From Camelus dromedarius (lineage: Eukaryota), in contig NC_087436.1 of NCBI RefSeq assembly GCF_036321535.1, positions 107,448,001 through 107,512,000 on the forward strand: a DNA stretch of 64,000 bases, read 5' to 3'. Within the stretch, counting starts at the first letter, position 1. Every line of letters starts with the position of its first letter. The translations under genes and the position numbers were made by a program. Positions 27,060 to 40,712 of the stretch are shown here, one piece after another. The notes beneath the pieces are model-generated. The model did not search any database and was not told the DNA's origin. It saw nothing but the letters and a program-made list of their open reading frames with translations.

Positions 27060-27570
27060 TAGGGATGTATCAGAATGGTTTTGGTTTCAAGTAAAAGAAA
27101 ACAACATAAAGTGACCAAAGTAATAAGGAAATGTCTTGACTGCTCCAATGACAGACCAAGAAACAGAGTGGTCTCTAGACACGGTTTGATTAAAATGCAG
27201 TCAGTCTGTATCTCAGGCTTACTGTGACTCTCTCACCCCTTTTGTTCTCTGTAGAGCCTCCTTACCCACATGCAGTCTTCACTAATGAAACAAAATGGCT
27301 TCCAGAGTTCTAGACTTCATATCTGTGGGTCACTCCATTCTCTCCCTCTGATTATACTAGCTTCGGTCACATGCCAACTTCTGAGCCAAGCGTGGTGGCT
27401 AGGGCAGTGCATTGGTCCAGCTGGCTTGGTCGAGGTCATGTGCTGTATTCCTACAGCCTAGATGGAGTCAGTATCTTCCCTAAAACCACATGGAATCCCA
27501 AACAGAAATCAGCGGTTACTGAGAAGAGGTGAATGGGTACTGGAGAGGCAGCTGCAAGTATCAAATAAAT
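27060..27570. mobile_element. Old MLT1 (J/K-type) LTR
   Basis: ttttggtttcaagtaaaagaaaac...ggtcacatgccaacttctgagcca...cattggtccag. Confidence 0.65.
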
Positions 27571-27599
27571 TGTGCCATAAAAATTAACTGCGCTTTTTT

Positions 27600-28380
27600 A
27601 TTTGGTCCAGAAATTAATGCAATAATCACAAATTTTCTTAGTACTTCTAGCTTGCTTAATTAGTACAATACATTTTGCACAACCACTATTTCAGAACCAT
27701 ATTTAAAGTAATGTACATCAAGACTCTTTTTAAGGAAAATGTCTTTGCCATCAACAAACTGTAAAATACATCATCATTGTAATTACTTTCTGGGGGGAAA
27801 AACCCTTTAAATTGTTAAAGTTCTACTGGATAAGCTAATGTAAATAAAGATTGTAGCAACTTCAAAAGTATCTCAGTTGTTTCCCTTCCTAAAAATAAAT
27901 TGGTGATAAGAGATGACTTGAGGAGCTCAATAGATGTCAGTGTCAGTAATGTGTGGGTTAATCTCTGCACAGATTTAAACAAAATAAGCAGCAAAGTGAT
28001 ATGCTTGCAGTATGTCAAAGGCAAAAAAAATTTAAAAACCTCCATAATGTCTGTATCAGCCTGCCCTAAAAATTGAGTACTTTCTATAGATCTAGGCACC
28101 AACAGACAAATTTACTAGCTACTTCCTCTGGCTAATGCATGACATTTAACCAATTTTAAATTGTCTTTGATATTAAATATGCAGCTTAAATATTAATCTT
28201 ATTCAGTCTATCTAATTCATTCATACTAAAAAGAACGAAAAGGATTTTCACCTTATGAAAAGCTTCAAAATATACCTAAGGTGTCTATAAACAATTAATG
28301 CCATCCTTAATGGAATCAACAAAATGCAGTCAAGAGATAGCCCCCTTTCATATAAAAATGGTACATTTAAAAAAAATCTG
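27600..28380 (-). mobile_element. Fossil Gypsy integrase
   Basis: LIPLRMALIVYRH; LVKCHA; ETTEILLKLLQSLFTLAYPVEL*QFKG (TT..I..L..LF..GxP..IxSDNG); NSGCAKCIVLIKQA (SNGxAE..V...K). Confidence 0.58.
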
Positions 28381-28399
28381 AATCAGATAAATGGATGAT

Positions 28400-31300
28400 T
28401 TTTATCATTTATAAAAACAGATATGCACAGAATATCTCGAGGTGATAGCACTGGGAATCAAAGAGAAGACAGTCTCTGTATTTAAGCATCTTACGATCTA
28501 TTGTTAGAGGCAAAGATGTAAGCAGAAATTAGCCCCGAAAGCCCAGGAGATGGAGTTAACTAGCTTTTCCTAAATTTATAGAAGCCACACAGAGGAGGTA
28601 ACATTTGACCTAGTTTTAAAGTATGCGTTAAGACTCTTATAGTTAGAAGGGAGAAGGCAGGCAGGCATTCTAAGAAGAAAGGAGAACACAGGCAAAGTAA
28701 AAGGCAAGTCTAGAATTTCTGGAGCAAAGCGTCCTTGGAGATTTCTGAACCTGGAGTAAGGCTGGAGTCTGAAAAAGGCATTGAGTGTCAAAATGTTAAG
28801 GCTTGAGACTTGATTTTACATGCAGTGAGAGTCAAAGTATTTAGAAAGGGAAATGGTGCAAATGGTTTTGCTTTTAAGGATGACCCCAGTAGAGTGTGAC
28901 TATAAACTGTTTTAAGAATGGAGGACAGCTAGGGTGAGATTTTAAAATCTAGGTGAGAGACAATCAAGTTCTGCATGAAGTCCATGGCAGAGTTCAAAAA
29001 GGAGAGATTAGAAGGCAGAGATGCTCCTGAATTTACAACTAATAAGACTTGGTGAATGAATGAAGACGAAACATTGACTAGTATAAAGGACACTAGATTT
29101 GCAGCTGGGTTGGCTCCAGGTTCTGCCATTAATTTGCCTTTTGATCTCATAAATTGTTTTACCCTCTCATTTATAAAAGAAATAGAACCATACCTACTCA
29201 ATGAGTTATTGTAATGACTAGATGTAATATTTATAAATTTCTATATCATTCGTTTTATTATGATTACTAATCACATTTGAGAGAGAAGGAAACCCTGGGA
29301 TGCCTCCTAGGTTTTTGACATAGGAGACTGGATGGATAAGGGCATGAACTTAAAAAGTGACAGAATAGGTTCTTGAAAGCAAGTGTGAATTCATATTCAG
29401 TGTCTGTAGGACTCCAGATCGAGATGCCCAGGGAACAGTTCATAATGTAAACCAGAAACTTGGGAAAGAAAGTCTGAGATTTAAAATACAGATCTTGGAA
29501 CTTGTCAGCATGTAAATGATGTTTGAAGTCAAAGCAGTGGATGAAATTGGTCAAAGAGAGAAGAAAGAACTAGAAAAAAATACTACAAGAGCTAAGCTCA
29601 TGTAAATGACCTTGAACGTCACCCTCTCCTCCCCCGAAAAAAAATTATCTCTGAAGTTCTTTTTAAAAAGGTCTGTCATTTTAAAACTTCCATTCCCTAT
29701 TAGCATGGGTTTGCTTTTGCTTTTGGGGAATCCAGACTCTCAGTCTGGACAACTACTAGCTAGAAAAAATGCAAAGTTGGAGCCAAGTCTTGTTCTGGAA
29801 GTTCCAGCTCTTAAGATAGACTGAGTTGCATGATGTAGAAAGTTCTCCTTGTTAGGGGCAAAGAGATGACTGCAGAGGTAAGTATAGTGTCACATGGTCT
29901 TGTTCATTTGTGAATCTTTTGCAAAGATGCTCTTTCCCAGTTTAGTGCAGTCTCTAGAATTTCCAGCATACACTCTCACTTAGTGATAGTACCTAGCGTC
30001 ACAGCTTTAAATACAATGTAAATAGTGATGACTTTCAAAATTTTATTTACAGCTCTAACCTCTACCCTGAGCTCTAGACTCCTGTAGCCCACTGCCAAAT
30101 CAACACCTCACTTGGATGTCAAAGAGGCAACTCAACGTCAACATGTTCAAAACTTAACTCTTAATTCCTTCCTCCCCTGACAAAATTTTCTCCTTGCAGA
30201 ATTTCTTCTATTTCAGAAAAGGGCAAGTCCACCTTTCCAGTGGCTCATATCAGAAGCCTTAAGAGTCATCCTTGATTCACCTTTCTCTCACATTCCATAT
30301 CCAATGTCTCAGTAAATATCATTCATCTGAACTTCAAAATATATCCAGAATCTGCATAGGAAGCAGGGTTTGGGGAACAATTTAGCACCCGACACCATAA
30401 ATTGCCAACAGAAGTATCGATAGCCATTAACAATACACTAGTAGCATCCTAACTGATCTCCTTGTGTCTGTCCTAGCCTCCTGTGATTGCTGTTGCTGGC
30501 ATGGCTCCCAGTGACCCCACTTCCTGGTAGCCATGCCTTCAGGTAATACTCTCCTCTCGAATGTGTGCTGGACCTTACGGCTGCTCTTAGTGAACCAAAC
30601 ACAGTAAAAGCAATGGGATGTTACAAAAGACTCTGACTTTCACCTTGCTGAGATTTCTGTCTCTGGCTCTGCATGCTTGCTCTGATGGAGAGGACTACCT
30701 AGCAAAGAACAGACAACGGCCTCTGGCCATCAGCCAGCAATTAACCAAGGCACTCATTCCAACAGCCCAGAAGGAACTGAACTCTCCTGACAATCAATGA
30801 GTGAATTTGGAGGCAGATCCCAACCTAGTTAACCTTGAGGTTACTGAGGCCCTGGCCAACACCTTGACTGCAAGCACTGGGAGACCCTAAAGCACAGGCC
30901 CCAGCTAAGCTGTGCCTAAATTCCTGACCCATAGAATCTATGTGACAACAAATGTGTGATATTTTAACTTGCTAAATTTTGAGACAATTTGTTACATAGC
31001 AATAGATAACTAACACATCTTGCTAAAGCCTATTCTGAAATAGCAGTGAAACTGACTGTTGTAAGTCAGATCAAGGCACACCTCCACTTAAAATCATCCA
31101 GTGGCTTCCAATCTAACTTGGAGTAAAAGCCAAAATCTTGCAATTGCCAATATGATCCTACGTAATCAGCCCCCTTCTTAGTTGTCTGACTTTATCTCCT
31201 GTGAGTCTTTCTCTCATGTCTTGGCTTCACACTGGTCTCCTGGCTGTTTCTGAGCATGCAAACATCCTCCTCTTTTCAGAGTATTTGCACTTGCTGTTTC

Positions 31301-31620
31301 ATCTGCTTAGAAGACTTTTCCTCAAATATCCGGGTGGTTTTCTCCTTTATTTTCAGTCTCTGCTCAAAAGTCTCCTTACCGCTCAAGTCTCCTCGATGAC
31401 CCTATAAGGTTTCCTTCCCTGGCACGTCCTACTTCTCCTCCATATTTTATTTGTCTCCCTATTTATAACATGTGACCTGTACTTTTACTTGTATATTAGT
31501 GTATTGCCCTTCTCCTCTTACTAAAATAAAAGCTCCAGGAAGGAAAGGACTGATATATTCACTGCTATATCGCCAGCACTAGAACAGAGCTTAATACATA
31601 GTAAGCACTCAGTTTGTCGA
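28400..31620. mobile_element. L2 fragments (both orientations) with nested MIR (~29080-29240) and MLT1 (~30482-31015)
   Basis: L2 3' motifs (tcatccttgattcacc...cttcaaaatatatccagaatct; agcactagaacagagcttaatacatagtaagcactca). Confidence 0.75.
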
Positions 31621-31879
31621 ACAAATGAGTTTCTGGTCCTTTTGCAGTAGAATTGGTACATTTGAAAGCTGTAAGCATTTAATGGGAGGAAAATGAGGAT
31701 GGGACAGGGCTGTACTCAGGAAATGTGTAGCAAACAACACATAAATAGCCATAAGAATATAAATTGCTATTAACAACCAACCACTGGTTAGGATATGGAG
31801 CAAAATTATAATTTAATGCTATGATAAGCTAGTAATTTTTCACATAAAGAAAAAAAATCTGTTTCATAATCACAGACTG

Positions 31880-32420
31880 TACCCCTAACCTTGGCTAATC
31901 ATCTTGCAAATGCATGCGATTAGTCACAATGGGTAATGCGAAAGGGAGTGCCAGCGGCTCCGGCAGCACCATCCATCACCAACACAGGGGAAATAACTCA
32001 AATTTCGTGTCCTACTAATGGCGGGTCAGTAGCATCAATTTTGCACTTGAAGGGCAATCCAAACCAAATTCCCTAAAATGCACCAAAATTTTGATAACTA
32101 CTCTCTGCTAAAACTAACATTATCTAGCAGAACAACAGATTTAACGTGGAAAGAATTTGTAGCAGTTGGGAAAGCAACCGAATTAAAAGTATAAAAACAA
32201 ATCATGCAAGGCAATCTTGTTGGTTGTTTTGATAGAACATCAAAATGTCTGGCTATTTAAGGAAACAGCATTTTATCAAAATGTCAGAAAATCTTACTCA
32301 TTTTTTTATGGAGCCTAACAATTTGATACAAATTGCCCTTCAATACAAATACCACATACTGAAAGTGGCTCAAAAGACACGATACACAGCCCTGTGTAGA
32401 ATTACCATTGCATCTCCTTA
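31880..32420 (-). mobile_element. Fossil Gypsy (K02A2.6-like) integrase
   Basis: HRAVYRVF* (RARxxVFWP); NKIALHDLF (KVxxDLF); VVIKILVHFREFG / WFGLP; KFELFPLCW; SLSHYP. Confidence 0.58.
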
Positions 32421-33349
32421 GGATGTAATGTTTTAAGACTGGAAGGTGACTATAAAGTAGTAAGAAGAACCTCTAAGAACACTCAGCAAGGTAAAAGACT
32501 AAGTGAATCAGGGTATCTCGGGGCATTTAGGATGACAGAAAGGGATTTTTCAACTGTTAGGGGCAAGAAAAAAATGATGGGATGGTATACTGTTTAAAGA
32601 ATATAACGTTAACAGGTGATAGAACACTATAATATTTCTATTTGGTCTCCTTCAACTTAGAAAGCTCTAATTTTGAAAAAGGAATTATAGCTCAAGATAG
32701 TTAAGAAGATAGCAAAAAAGGGCACACAGCCACTTTAAGTGAATTTAAGTCTCTAAGACCAAGCAAATTACATCCTTGGAAGCTGAAGGAATTTGTAGAT
32801 GGAATCTCAGCACCACTATTTTATATGAAGAAAGGGGTAGAAGCCAGAAAATTGAAGGGCTGCGTTGCTCTGTCTTTTAAATAATCGTAAATATATGTAT
32901 GTATATACATATGTATGTATTTTTTTAAGGGGCAGATGTAGATTGCAGGCAAAATCCACAAGTGAATTAATAAGCATGTCCATTTGAAACATCTAGAACA
33001 AATGTGGTGACAGGTATACAGCAATAAGAGTGTACAAACTCAAGGTAGAAGCTGAACTAATTCATATTATTGCTTTGCTCTTGGTTGGCTGGTTGTTTTC
33101 TTTTCAGAAGGTCCAGATTTGCTAGAAAGAGCTCTCTGAGCTTTGGAGGCAGGGAGCTGAACATGGATTTGAATGCTGGCTCTACCACTCTAGTACTGCA
33201 GCTCTTGGGGAACCTGTTTCACTCTCTCTCTCTGAGTCTTGTTCACTGCCTCATAATACTGCCTCAAAGAGCTGTTATGAAGATCTTGCAGGCTAATTGT
33301 AGCACCTTGCATAGGTGACTTTGTGTTACGTGTTAGTGGAAATCCTCCA

Positions 33350-33660
33350 TTTCTGTGGTTCTGTATTTCCCTGGAGAGAGACTGCAGCTATAGCAACATT
33401 CTTGGCCTCTCTCCCGCTTCTCATTTACCTTATTCATGTACATGGGAGAAGGAAGTGGGCTTGTCCAGATCAGATCCTTTTCTTTTTTGCAACCAGCCTA
33501 TTTGAAGGGCACTTGCATTCTGGTGGCCTCTTCTGCCAAGCAGAAAGCTTACTGGGGCAGGTTTGGTTCCTGCAAAGGGGAGGCACATGGTTGTTCAACA
33601 CTGCTTATCACTGAGTGGGCACAATGACCTAATGTAGGAGGGTATTAGAAGGTCCTGGTG
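33350..33660 (-). mobile_element. Possible fossil ERV RT-RNase H connection region
   Basis: LIPSYIRSLCPL and DLDKPTSFSHVHE (PDxxKPFxLxVHE). Confidence 0.4.
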
Positions 33661-34019
33661 GCCACAGATTAAAGCATATTCTTCAGTTCAGTTTTATCAA
33701 CAATAAAGCTGGTATTCTGATCTCCATGTAAGTCTGACTCTTGTATCTCTGTCATTGAGGAGAAAATTGGGGGTTGGGGATGGAGAAAAGAGTATTACTT
33801 ATCAGCCAACTAGAACCTCAACAAGATGATGACAACAAAGATGAAAAAACTAGTTAGAATAATTCTTAGATATTTCACACTTGGATTTCATTTCCTTAAA
33901 TGACGAAATCTACTGCATTCTGAAAATGATTAAATGTATGTTAACTAGATGAGAAATAAATTCTGTGATACCAAGAGGATTGATTAACAGTACATGATAG
34001 TTCCTTAGCACTTAAAGGA

Positions 34020-34405
34020 ACCCTAGACACTGTTAAGTGCTTTGAGTGTACCATCTAATTCTTCTCAACAGTCATATGAAGCAGACACTAAAATACCGCA
34101 TTAATAAGTCAGGAAAGTAGAAGTCAATCAATGGTTAAGTGATTTGCCCAAGGCCACACAGTTAACAAGTAGAAAAATAAGGAAATAAACTCAGACATGT
34201 CTAATTCCTGAGGTCATGTATTGATCAGAGAGTTGGCAAATGACAGCCCGCAGTCCACATTCAGGCACGTCCATTTGTTCACAGATTGTCTATGACTATT
34301 TTTGTACGACAATGGCAGAGTTAAGCAATTGTGACAGAAACCATATGCAAAGTGGAAAATATTTACTATCAGAACCTTTATAAAAAAGTTTGTGGACCTC
34401 TACTC
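34020..34405. mobile_element. MIR fragment followed by MER58A
   Basis: ggttaagtgatttgcccaaggccacacag (MIR core); cagagagttggcaaatgacagcccg...aaaaagtttgtggacctct (MER58). Confidence 0.75.
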
Positions 34406-34599
34406 TAGTGTGAACCATTGAGCAATGTTCTTTCAACTGAACATCGTGAGGGTTCCCATCTCATGCCATGAAAATGACTCAACACTTAACACTGGGTGAC
34501 AAGATAAAAGCTGGGAGACTTTGAAGTGTATTCTTTTATTTTGAAATTTTAATGTAACAAAAATATTCAATAGCCCTATAATGTTTTCACTTTTTCTTT

Positions 34600-37230
34600 T
34601 TCTCGTTAGAGCCTCAGCGTTGTTCTCCAATCCCAATTCAATCCCTGAAGTGGTATCTCTTGATGGTACCAGATTTGACCTTTTGAACACACTAAGACAA
34701 TTCCTAATCAGTATACCTGTTAGGAATAGCTTCTAAATGGCAGGTAGAGTTTTGTCTACTTTATATTATGGAAATTTTCAAATATATACAAAAGTCGAGA
34801 AAAAGTACACTAAAATCTCATGTATCTATCACTTAGCTTTGAAATTATCATCTTCAAGGCTAATTTTATTTCGTCTACAAATCCTATACCCCAACCCCCA
34901 CCAGACCATTTGACACAAATTGCAGACATCATATCATTTCAGCCATAAATGCTAAAAGTGGTTTTTAACACAGAGATAAGGAAACCATACTAGTAGAATA
35001 CCAGCACACAGGAATCATGTGCTCTTAGCATCTCAGCGCTGTAGTTCTGCTCAAATTCAGATACTTATACTAATTCTCTGCTTGGAGGCACAACTACATT
35101 TTCTGTTGAAACAAGGGCCACTTCAAGAGGACATGCGATCCAAACTCCATGAGGAAGAGTTCAGGAACTGTCATGGCATTTTACACATTGTGGCATCAGG
35201 TGATCTCAGTCATTCACCCAACAGTGAACCTCCAGAGAATCAGGAATAAAAGAGAGCCCACGTAATAAATGAACATCAGGGCAAGAAAGAAGTCAACTCT
35301 GATCTTGGGGTGCCAACAAAAATAATAAATATACTGCCTGTCATATATTCTTGTAAGATCCTATACCAAGGTTACTGAGACCATTCATCATCTATTTCTC
35401 AAGATTACAATGATAATACAGCTGTTGCTGTTGGAAGCTGCCTTTTAAGTGTATGGGGAGAAGTTATAATTCATTGTTTAAAAAGGCCAGCACAAATCAG
35501 TCATTTATACATGTTCTTAAAAGCTAAAAGTGTAATTTTATTCTATGCAAAACAACTAAAAAAAGAACTTCTTGAAGATTGGCTCGTCAAATATCCCCAA
35601 ATACAACTTGTGGGTAGGACAAAGCTAAGTATATTGCCTACCATATAAATGGAGAACAAGCCTCTGCAACATTTTAGTAATGTCTCATTAGAGGAATAAA
35701 ATCAGAATTAATCAGTTGAGAATTGAGAATTGGACATTTAGTTTTTTAGTTTAGGTCTGATAAGAATTATGTAAGAAGTAAGACAGAACAGTTCAGGATT
35801 GTTGAAACAAACAGGCAAGGATTTTTGAGGCAAGACATTATAAAAATCTTTGAGTGCAAACTCTGTTGATGCTTTTTATTGAATAATTGATGGGTCTTTT
35901 GAAAGCCATGCCAATGAAGGCAGTGGAATAGTAAAGTCATATTAAAGTAAACTGCTGTGGGGAGTGAGGAGAACAAGCATTTTTAACTCCTCAACATCCA
36001 AGCTGGGGGTAAGAATTGGTAGTTTCAGTTCTCAACCTTCATCACTTTCATCTTCAAATTAGAAAAGGCGTCTTCATATAAGTTTTAGATAGGTAGATAA
36101 GGTATATAATGAGAGACAGATAGATAATCTCTCTATATACATATTTGGTTTAACATAATGTCGTCTATATAGTGTTTAGTTAGTCTCCCAGGTTCGTGGT
36201 TAAGATGCCTGTAAAGAGACTCTGAATATGATTCATTAGATATCTTTCTTCTTCATTTTGGAGTTCTGCCAATCTTCTTTCTTGTGTTTACAAAGGTGTG
36301 GCCCTACTTAATTCTCAATATCCTTCATCAGAGACTTCTTGCCAGTTGTGCAGAACAATCAGTACGGAGCAAGAACTTCCAGTCTCTGCATCTGTGCTTG
36401 CTCAAATTTCAGATGGTTAATGGAGACGCATCATCAACTATAGTAAAAGGTTGGATCCTTCATCTAATTCTTTCCATCTAATGCTTGCTCCTAGTCTTAG
36501 AACTCAGAAATGTTTTTTTTTCCTTCCTCTGTATTATAAAGCATTTCTGAGATGTCATTGTTATTAACACTATTAAACATTCTCCCTAAGAGCAGCAGTT
36601 TAAAGCTTAGAGTTTACTGCTTCTACTTGTTAACTTTAAGCTCATATTTCTACACCATATTTCTGGTATTGACAGATGATGAATTACAGAGGCATTCAAG
36701 AGGTCCTAAATCATTGTGCCATATCAGTTATCTAAGTGGGAAAATCCAAAGAAAATTTCACTTCCTTTAGCGATAATATCAATATGGCTACTGTTCACCC
36801 TTACTCAAGGCTCATGCAATATATTTCACCTACCCTTGAAGTAAAAAGAAAATTCCAAGCTTTCCTTAGGTTGTTAGCATTTCAGCTTAGAATCCAATTC
36901 ACCTGGAGGATTCAGTCTCTTAAATCATGGGAGAATTAACTCCTGAAGTGAGACTCTTACCAATTCCCAAACCATCTCACTCTACAGACTCCAGTGAAGA
37001 TACTGGTTATTGTGAATGTCTCCCACAGCAGCCCGTTTCCACTGCTTTACCTGACCAACCCAGCTGTTAGCGTTGACAATCTTCCTCTGTCAATAGGCCA
37101 TAGCTTCCCAATTATCTGACCATCTGTTCCACATTTATCTTGTACAACCTGTCAGTCTCCTTAATAGTCAGAGCATGTTTCCGAACCACTGACTTTTCCT
37201 TACTGATTGGATGCCTGGTCTTGACTTTCC
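34600..37230 (-). mobile_element. Fossil Gypsy pol (RT-RNase H-integrase) plus a probable second integrase piece
   Basis: VEQMVR*LGSYGLL (RT start); KEVKF/FGF; QPFTIVDDASPL and WKFLLRTD (RNase H); HCLHWHGFQKTHQL...SCLKNPC (HHCC); QLINSDFIPL; GLFSIYMVGNILS; then a second core-like ELFLMEFG...SGPCF at ~35160-35100. Confidence 0.62.
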
Positions 37231-37867
37231 TAAAATACAAAAAAGCAAAACAAAACAAAACAAAATGAAACAAAAAAAAATTCCACGTAAGGGGCCACCA
37301 ACTCTGTTCTTTTCTTATGTAAGAAAACCATTTTGACTTGTAATAAAATCCAAACCCAGCTCAGCCCAAATCAACAACTTAGGAAGACTATCTGATGGGG
37401 AGAGTCAGATCTCAGAGACTTTGGTATTGTTCTTAGAGAAATAGCATCTCATATTAATTTCCCCTGCTACTTAAAGAGAATGCTGCTCTTTCTTTGACAT
37501 TTTCTTCCACAATGATACACAGGACTCATCCTTTAATTCTCCATAATGCAGCTAAAACCAGGTTGAAAAATTAAAAATAATTTACTGAGTGCTAAGGGCC
37601 TGAAGATACTAACAGGGATACACATAGCAAAAGTAACTTGCTACAAAATAATCAATATTACACTATATAATCTATCTCCTCCTGGGGCTTCCTTGTAGAA
37701 ATTTGTCCTTGACTCATTGCTAGTCCCTTCCTAGCCCCAGATTTGCCTCCATGGAACAAAGGTCATTTTCTCCTGAGTACCTGGAAATATACGCTAACAC
37801 ATAACTAGATTCTTTGGGGACAAAAGCCAAAGAAAGATGAAATGTTCCTTCCCACCTGCCTAAGACC

Positions 37868-38361
37868 TGTCAAAGATAAAAACTGGACCAGCAAGATTAA
37901 TTTCATTCATACTATTGAAATAGGGAGAACATTCAGATCTGAAGATCAGAGTTTCTTATCGGGGCGGTTTTGCCCTAGACTTTTAAAGGGAGTAGTAGAC
38001 AAGTTACAGATGGGTGATTTACAGTTGGAGTTGTTCTGCACTAAAGGGAAGTCGGTCAGCTGAACAGGGAAATGTTTATCTCTGTGTCTAGCTAGTTTCA
38101 GAGGACATGTTTTTGTTTTAATTTTTTTTATTAATTAATTTTTTTAAATGGAGGTACTGGGTATTGAACCCAGGACCTTGTGCATGCTAAGCACACACTG
38201 CCATTTGAGCCATACTCTTCCCCATGTATTTTTAATCTTAGCTAATCACTCATGAGACAAAGAATGTGAAGTTAGTGAGGGGCAAAAGGGGAAGGGTCTG
38301 TGTCTGGCCTTGTTAGCAGGTTTAGGCAATGGGGAAAAGCTGTGTGTTTGGCCTTGTCATA
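37868..38361 (-). mobile_element. ERV1 3' LTR with nested Vic-1 SINE (~38120-38223)
   Basis: Directly follows env and a polypurine tract (aagagggaaaggaag on minus); ends ...tctttgaca on minus. Confidence 0.65.
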
Positions 38362-38589
38362 CTTCCTTTCCCTCTTGTTGAAGACAACCATAGGTTGTCC
38401 TTAAATAATTACATCTGGAAACAAGAAGATGGAGAATGTCCAGATTTACACCATTGTCAGTCCAAATTCGATCTTGGTATGTGAAGCTATCAACTCAAAT
38501 TCAGCTTTTGCATGGACATACACTCTAACACATGTTGTTAAGTCTGTTGTTAAGCTGAGCTGTTCTTAAGTCTGATGGATCATGACACA

Positions 38590-39480
38590 TTGTTGAATCA
38601 TATTTCAAGATGATGGCTGCATGATAGTATTTAGGACTCTGGACAAGATGCATTGCCCCACTACAAGGCATAAGATTAAAAGCACAGGGGTTGGTAATCT
38701 TTGCAACATATTTCAAAGCCAAGATCCTATCTTTCCATTTCCTAACCAGGAGATCATGTCCCATAGGCCATTTGGATCAACCTTAAAGAGCCAAGCAGGC
38801 TTATCATTGAGTTTAGTGATTGACTACACTACTTGGTCTGTGATGTTAACCCAGGTGCAGCAAGAAGTATTGGCTATGATGCAGATACCTCCCAAACCAG
38901 TTGGGAGGAAGTCAAGACCTATGTGATTGTCCATAACAACACTGGTCAGTGAGTTTAAGCTTATTTGCTGTGCTTCTAAGGCAGAAATTATATCATTTAT
39001 TTACTTCTTTATGGGTTACAGAGAGATTTCTAACCACCTTTTCAAATTATGTAATTCTCATAGTGGGTATATAATGACCCTCAGAGCACACATAAAGAGA
39101 GAATTAATTGATGACTTCCCCTAGTTTTCCTTAATATCCTGTAATTGCCTCATTTGGAAGTAATTATTTAAGTCTCCAGGAGGACACATGGTCAACAGGT
39201 GGGCAAGTGATTTTCAGTAAGAGGAAGGCCCATATAAGGTCTCCAGAGACCAAGGGAAAATGGGTGTAGGCAGGAAGATGGAGGCTTATTGATGACAATA
39301 AATAGTAATAACCTGTGGTAGGGATTGGGGGAAGACAGGTAGTTTGGGGCTGTAGGAATTATATCTGGAGTTAACCATGGATGTCTCTCTCCAGAAGGCA
39401 GAGTCTTGCTTAGATTTAAGGTTTGTAAGGCTAGGTGAAAAGAGTTGGAGGAAAAAATGATATCCTTACTCTCCATAGAA
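38590..39480 (-). pseudogene. Gamma-type ERV env remnant (TM subunit clear)
   Basis: One frame 39000-38605: INDIISALEAQQISLNSLTSVVMDNHIGLDFLPTGLGGICIIANTSCCTWVN...*...WDMISWLG...*...VLLILCLVVG; heptad, ISD, CX6CC and membrane anchor, two internal stops. Confidence 0.92.
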
Positions 39481-39493
39481 ACCCACTCTAACA

Positions 39494-39622
39494 GGGAAAA
39501 GTATAGCTTAAGTGGTAGAGCCCATGCTCAGTACCCAAGAGGTCCCAGGTTCAATCCCGGGTACCTCTTCCAAGCGGAAATCAATGAAGAAACCTAATTA
39601 CTTCCCCCTCAGAAAACAAACA
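39494..39622 (+). mobile_element. Vic-1-like SINE
   Basis: gtatagcttaagtggtagagc...ggttcaatccc; TSD AGAAA(C/T)CCACTCTAACA 39477-39493 / 39623-39639. Confidence 0.85.
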
Positions 39623-40524
39623 AGAAATCCACTCTAACATAAGACTTGAAACTGAGGTTCTTTCAAGAGCCCCATGAAGCAGGCAACAGTACCAAGTAGA
39701 ATGCTTTCCCAAGACCCACAGAACAGGCATCACAAAAGGGTCAGTTTCTACCCAAGATGCTAGAACAAGATCCTCCAGGATCTCTCTGCGTAATCTGTCT
39801 TCTTTTTGCTTTGTTTGCTCTGTCATATTATTTCTTCCTTTCCATCAGCCTCTGATCCAACTGCTCCCTTATCCAACACCTTATAATGACTTTGCCCCTC
39901 TTTTTTCTGCCCTTTCCCTCCTTCGCATCCTCACTGCAGGAAGGACGAACTCCCTTGTTCAATTTGCTAGGTTTTTTCCAAACTACTCATACACGCTAGA
40001 CCCACCCCTCACCTGATCACAAGATGGACACCCAATTGTCATTCCCCTCAACACATCCCAGGGAGACTTTTCCCTTAATGATCCATATTGGCATTTCATC
40101 CACCCCCACATCATCAACCTCAACTTCTCAGCAGGCACTAACTGAAGCTTAATTCCCCAAACAGTTAATGCTTCTTTCGACATCTCCAAGCTTCACAACT
40201 CTACCTTTTCAGGATCAGCTGTAAGAAAAACACAGCACTACATTTATCTCTGATAAAAGGCTTACATACTTTAATTGTGCAACATGAACCCAAGGTTGTA
40301 CATCTTGTAGTTTTGCAGCAGCACTGGTAACTAGGAGAACAAAGCTGGGTCCCTTCCATCTGGATTCAGAATCAGTCATTCAGAATCAATCTGTCAGGGC
40401 TATCCTTTCTAGAAGACTAGATTTCCAACCTGAAGGTCATATAAGGGCTGGGGTGGGATGTCTGGGGGAAAGACAGTATTGATCTGCTGGTGAAAAGTAT
40501 GAGTGTATTTTTTCTTCTATTTTT

Positions 40525-40670
40525 TTAAGTTACTTATTTATTTATTTTAATTTGAGGGGAGGAGTAATTAGGGTACTTATTTATTTACTTTTAATGACAG
40601 TACTGGGGATTGAATCCAGGACCTCGTGCATACTGGGCATGCACTCTACCACTGAGCTATACCCTCCCCC
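40525..40670 (-). mobile_element. Vic-1-like SINE
   Basis: Reverse complement of ggggagggtatagctcagtggtagagtgc... Confidence 0.85.
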
Positions 40671-40712
40671 AACTATGAGGGTATTTAATAAGACCTTGGC
40701 AGTATTTAAGTA

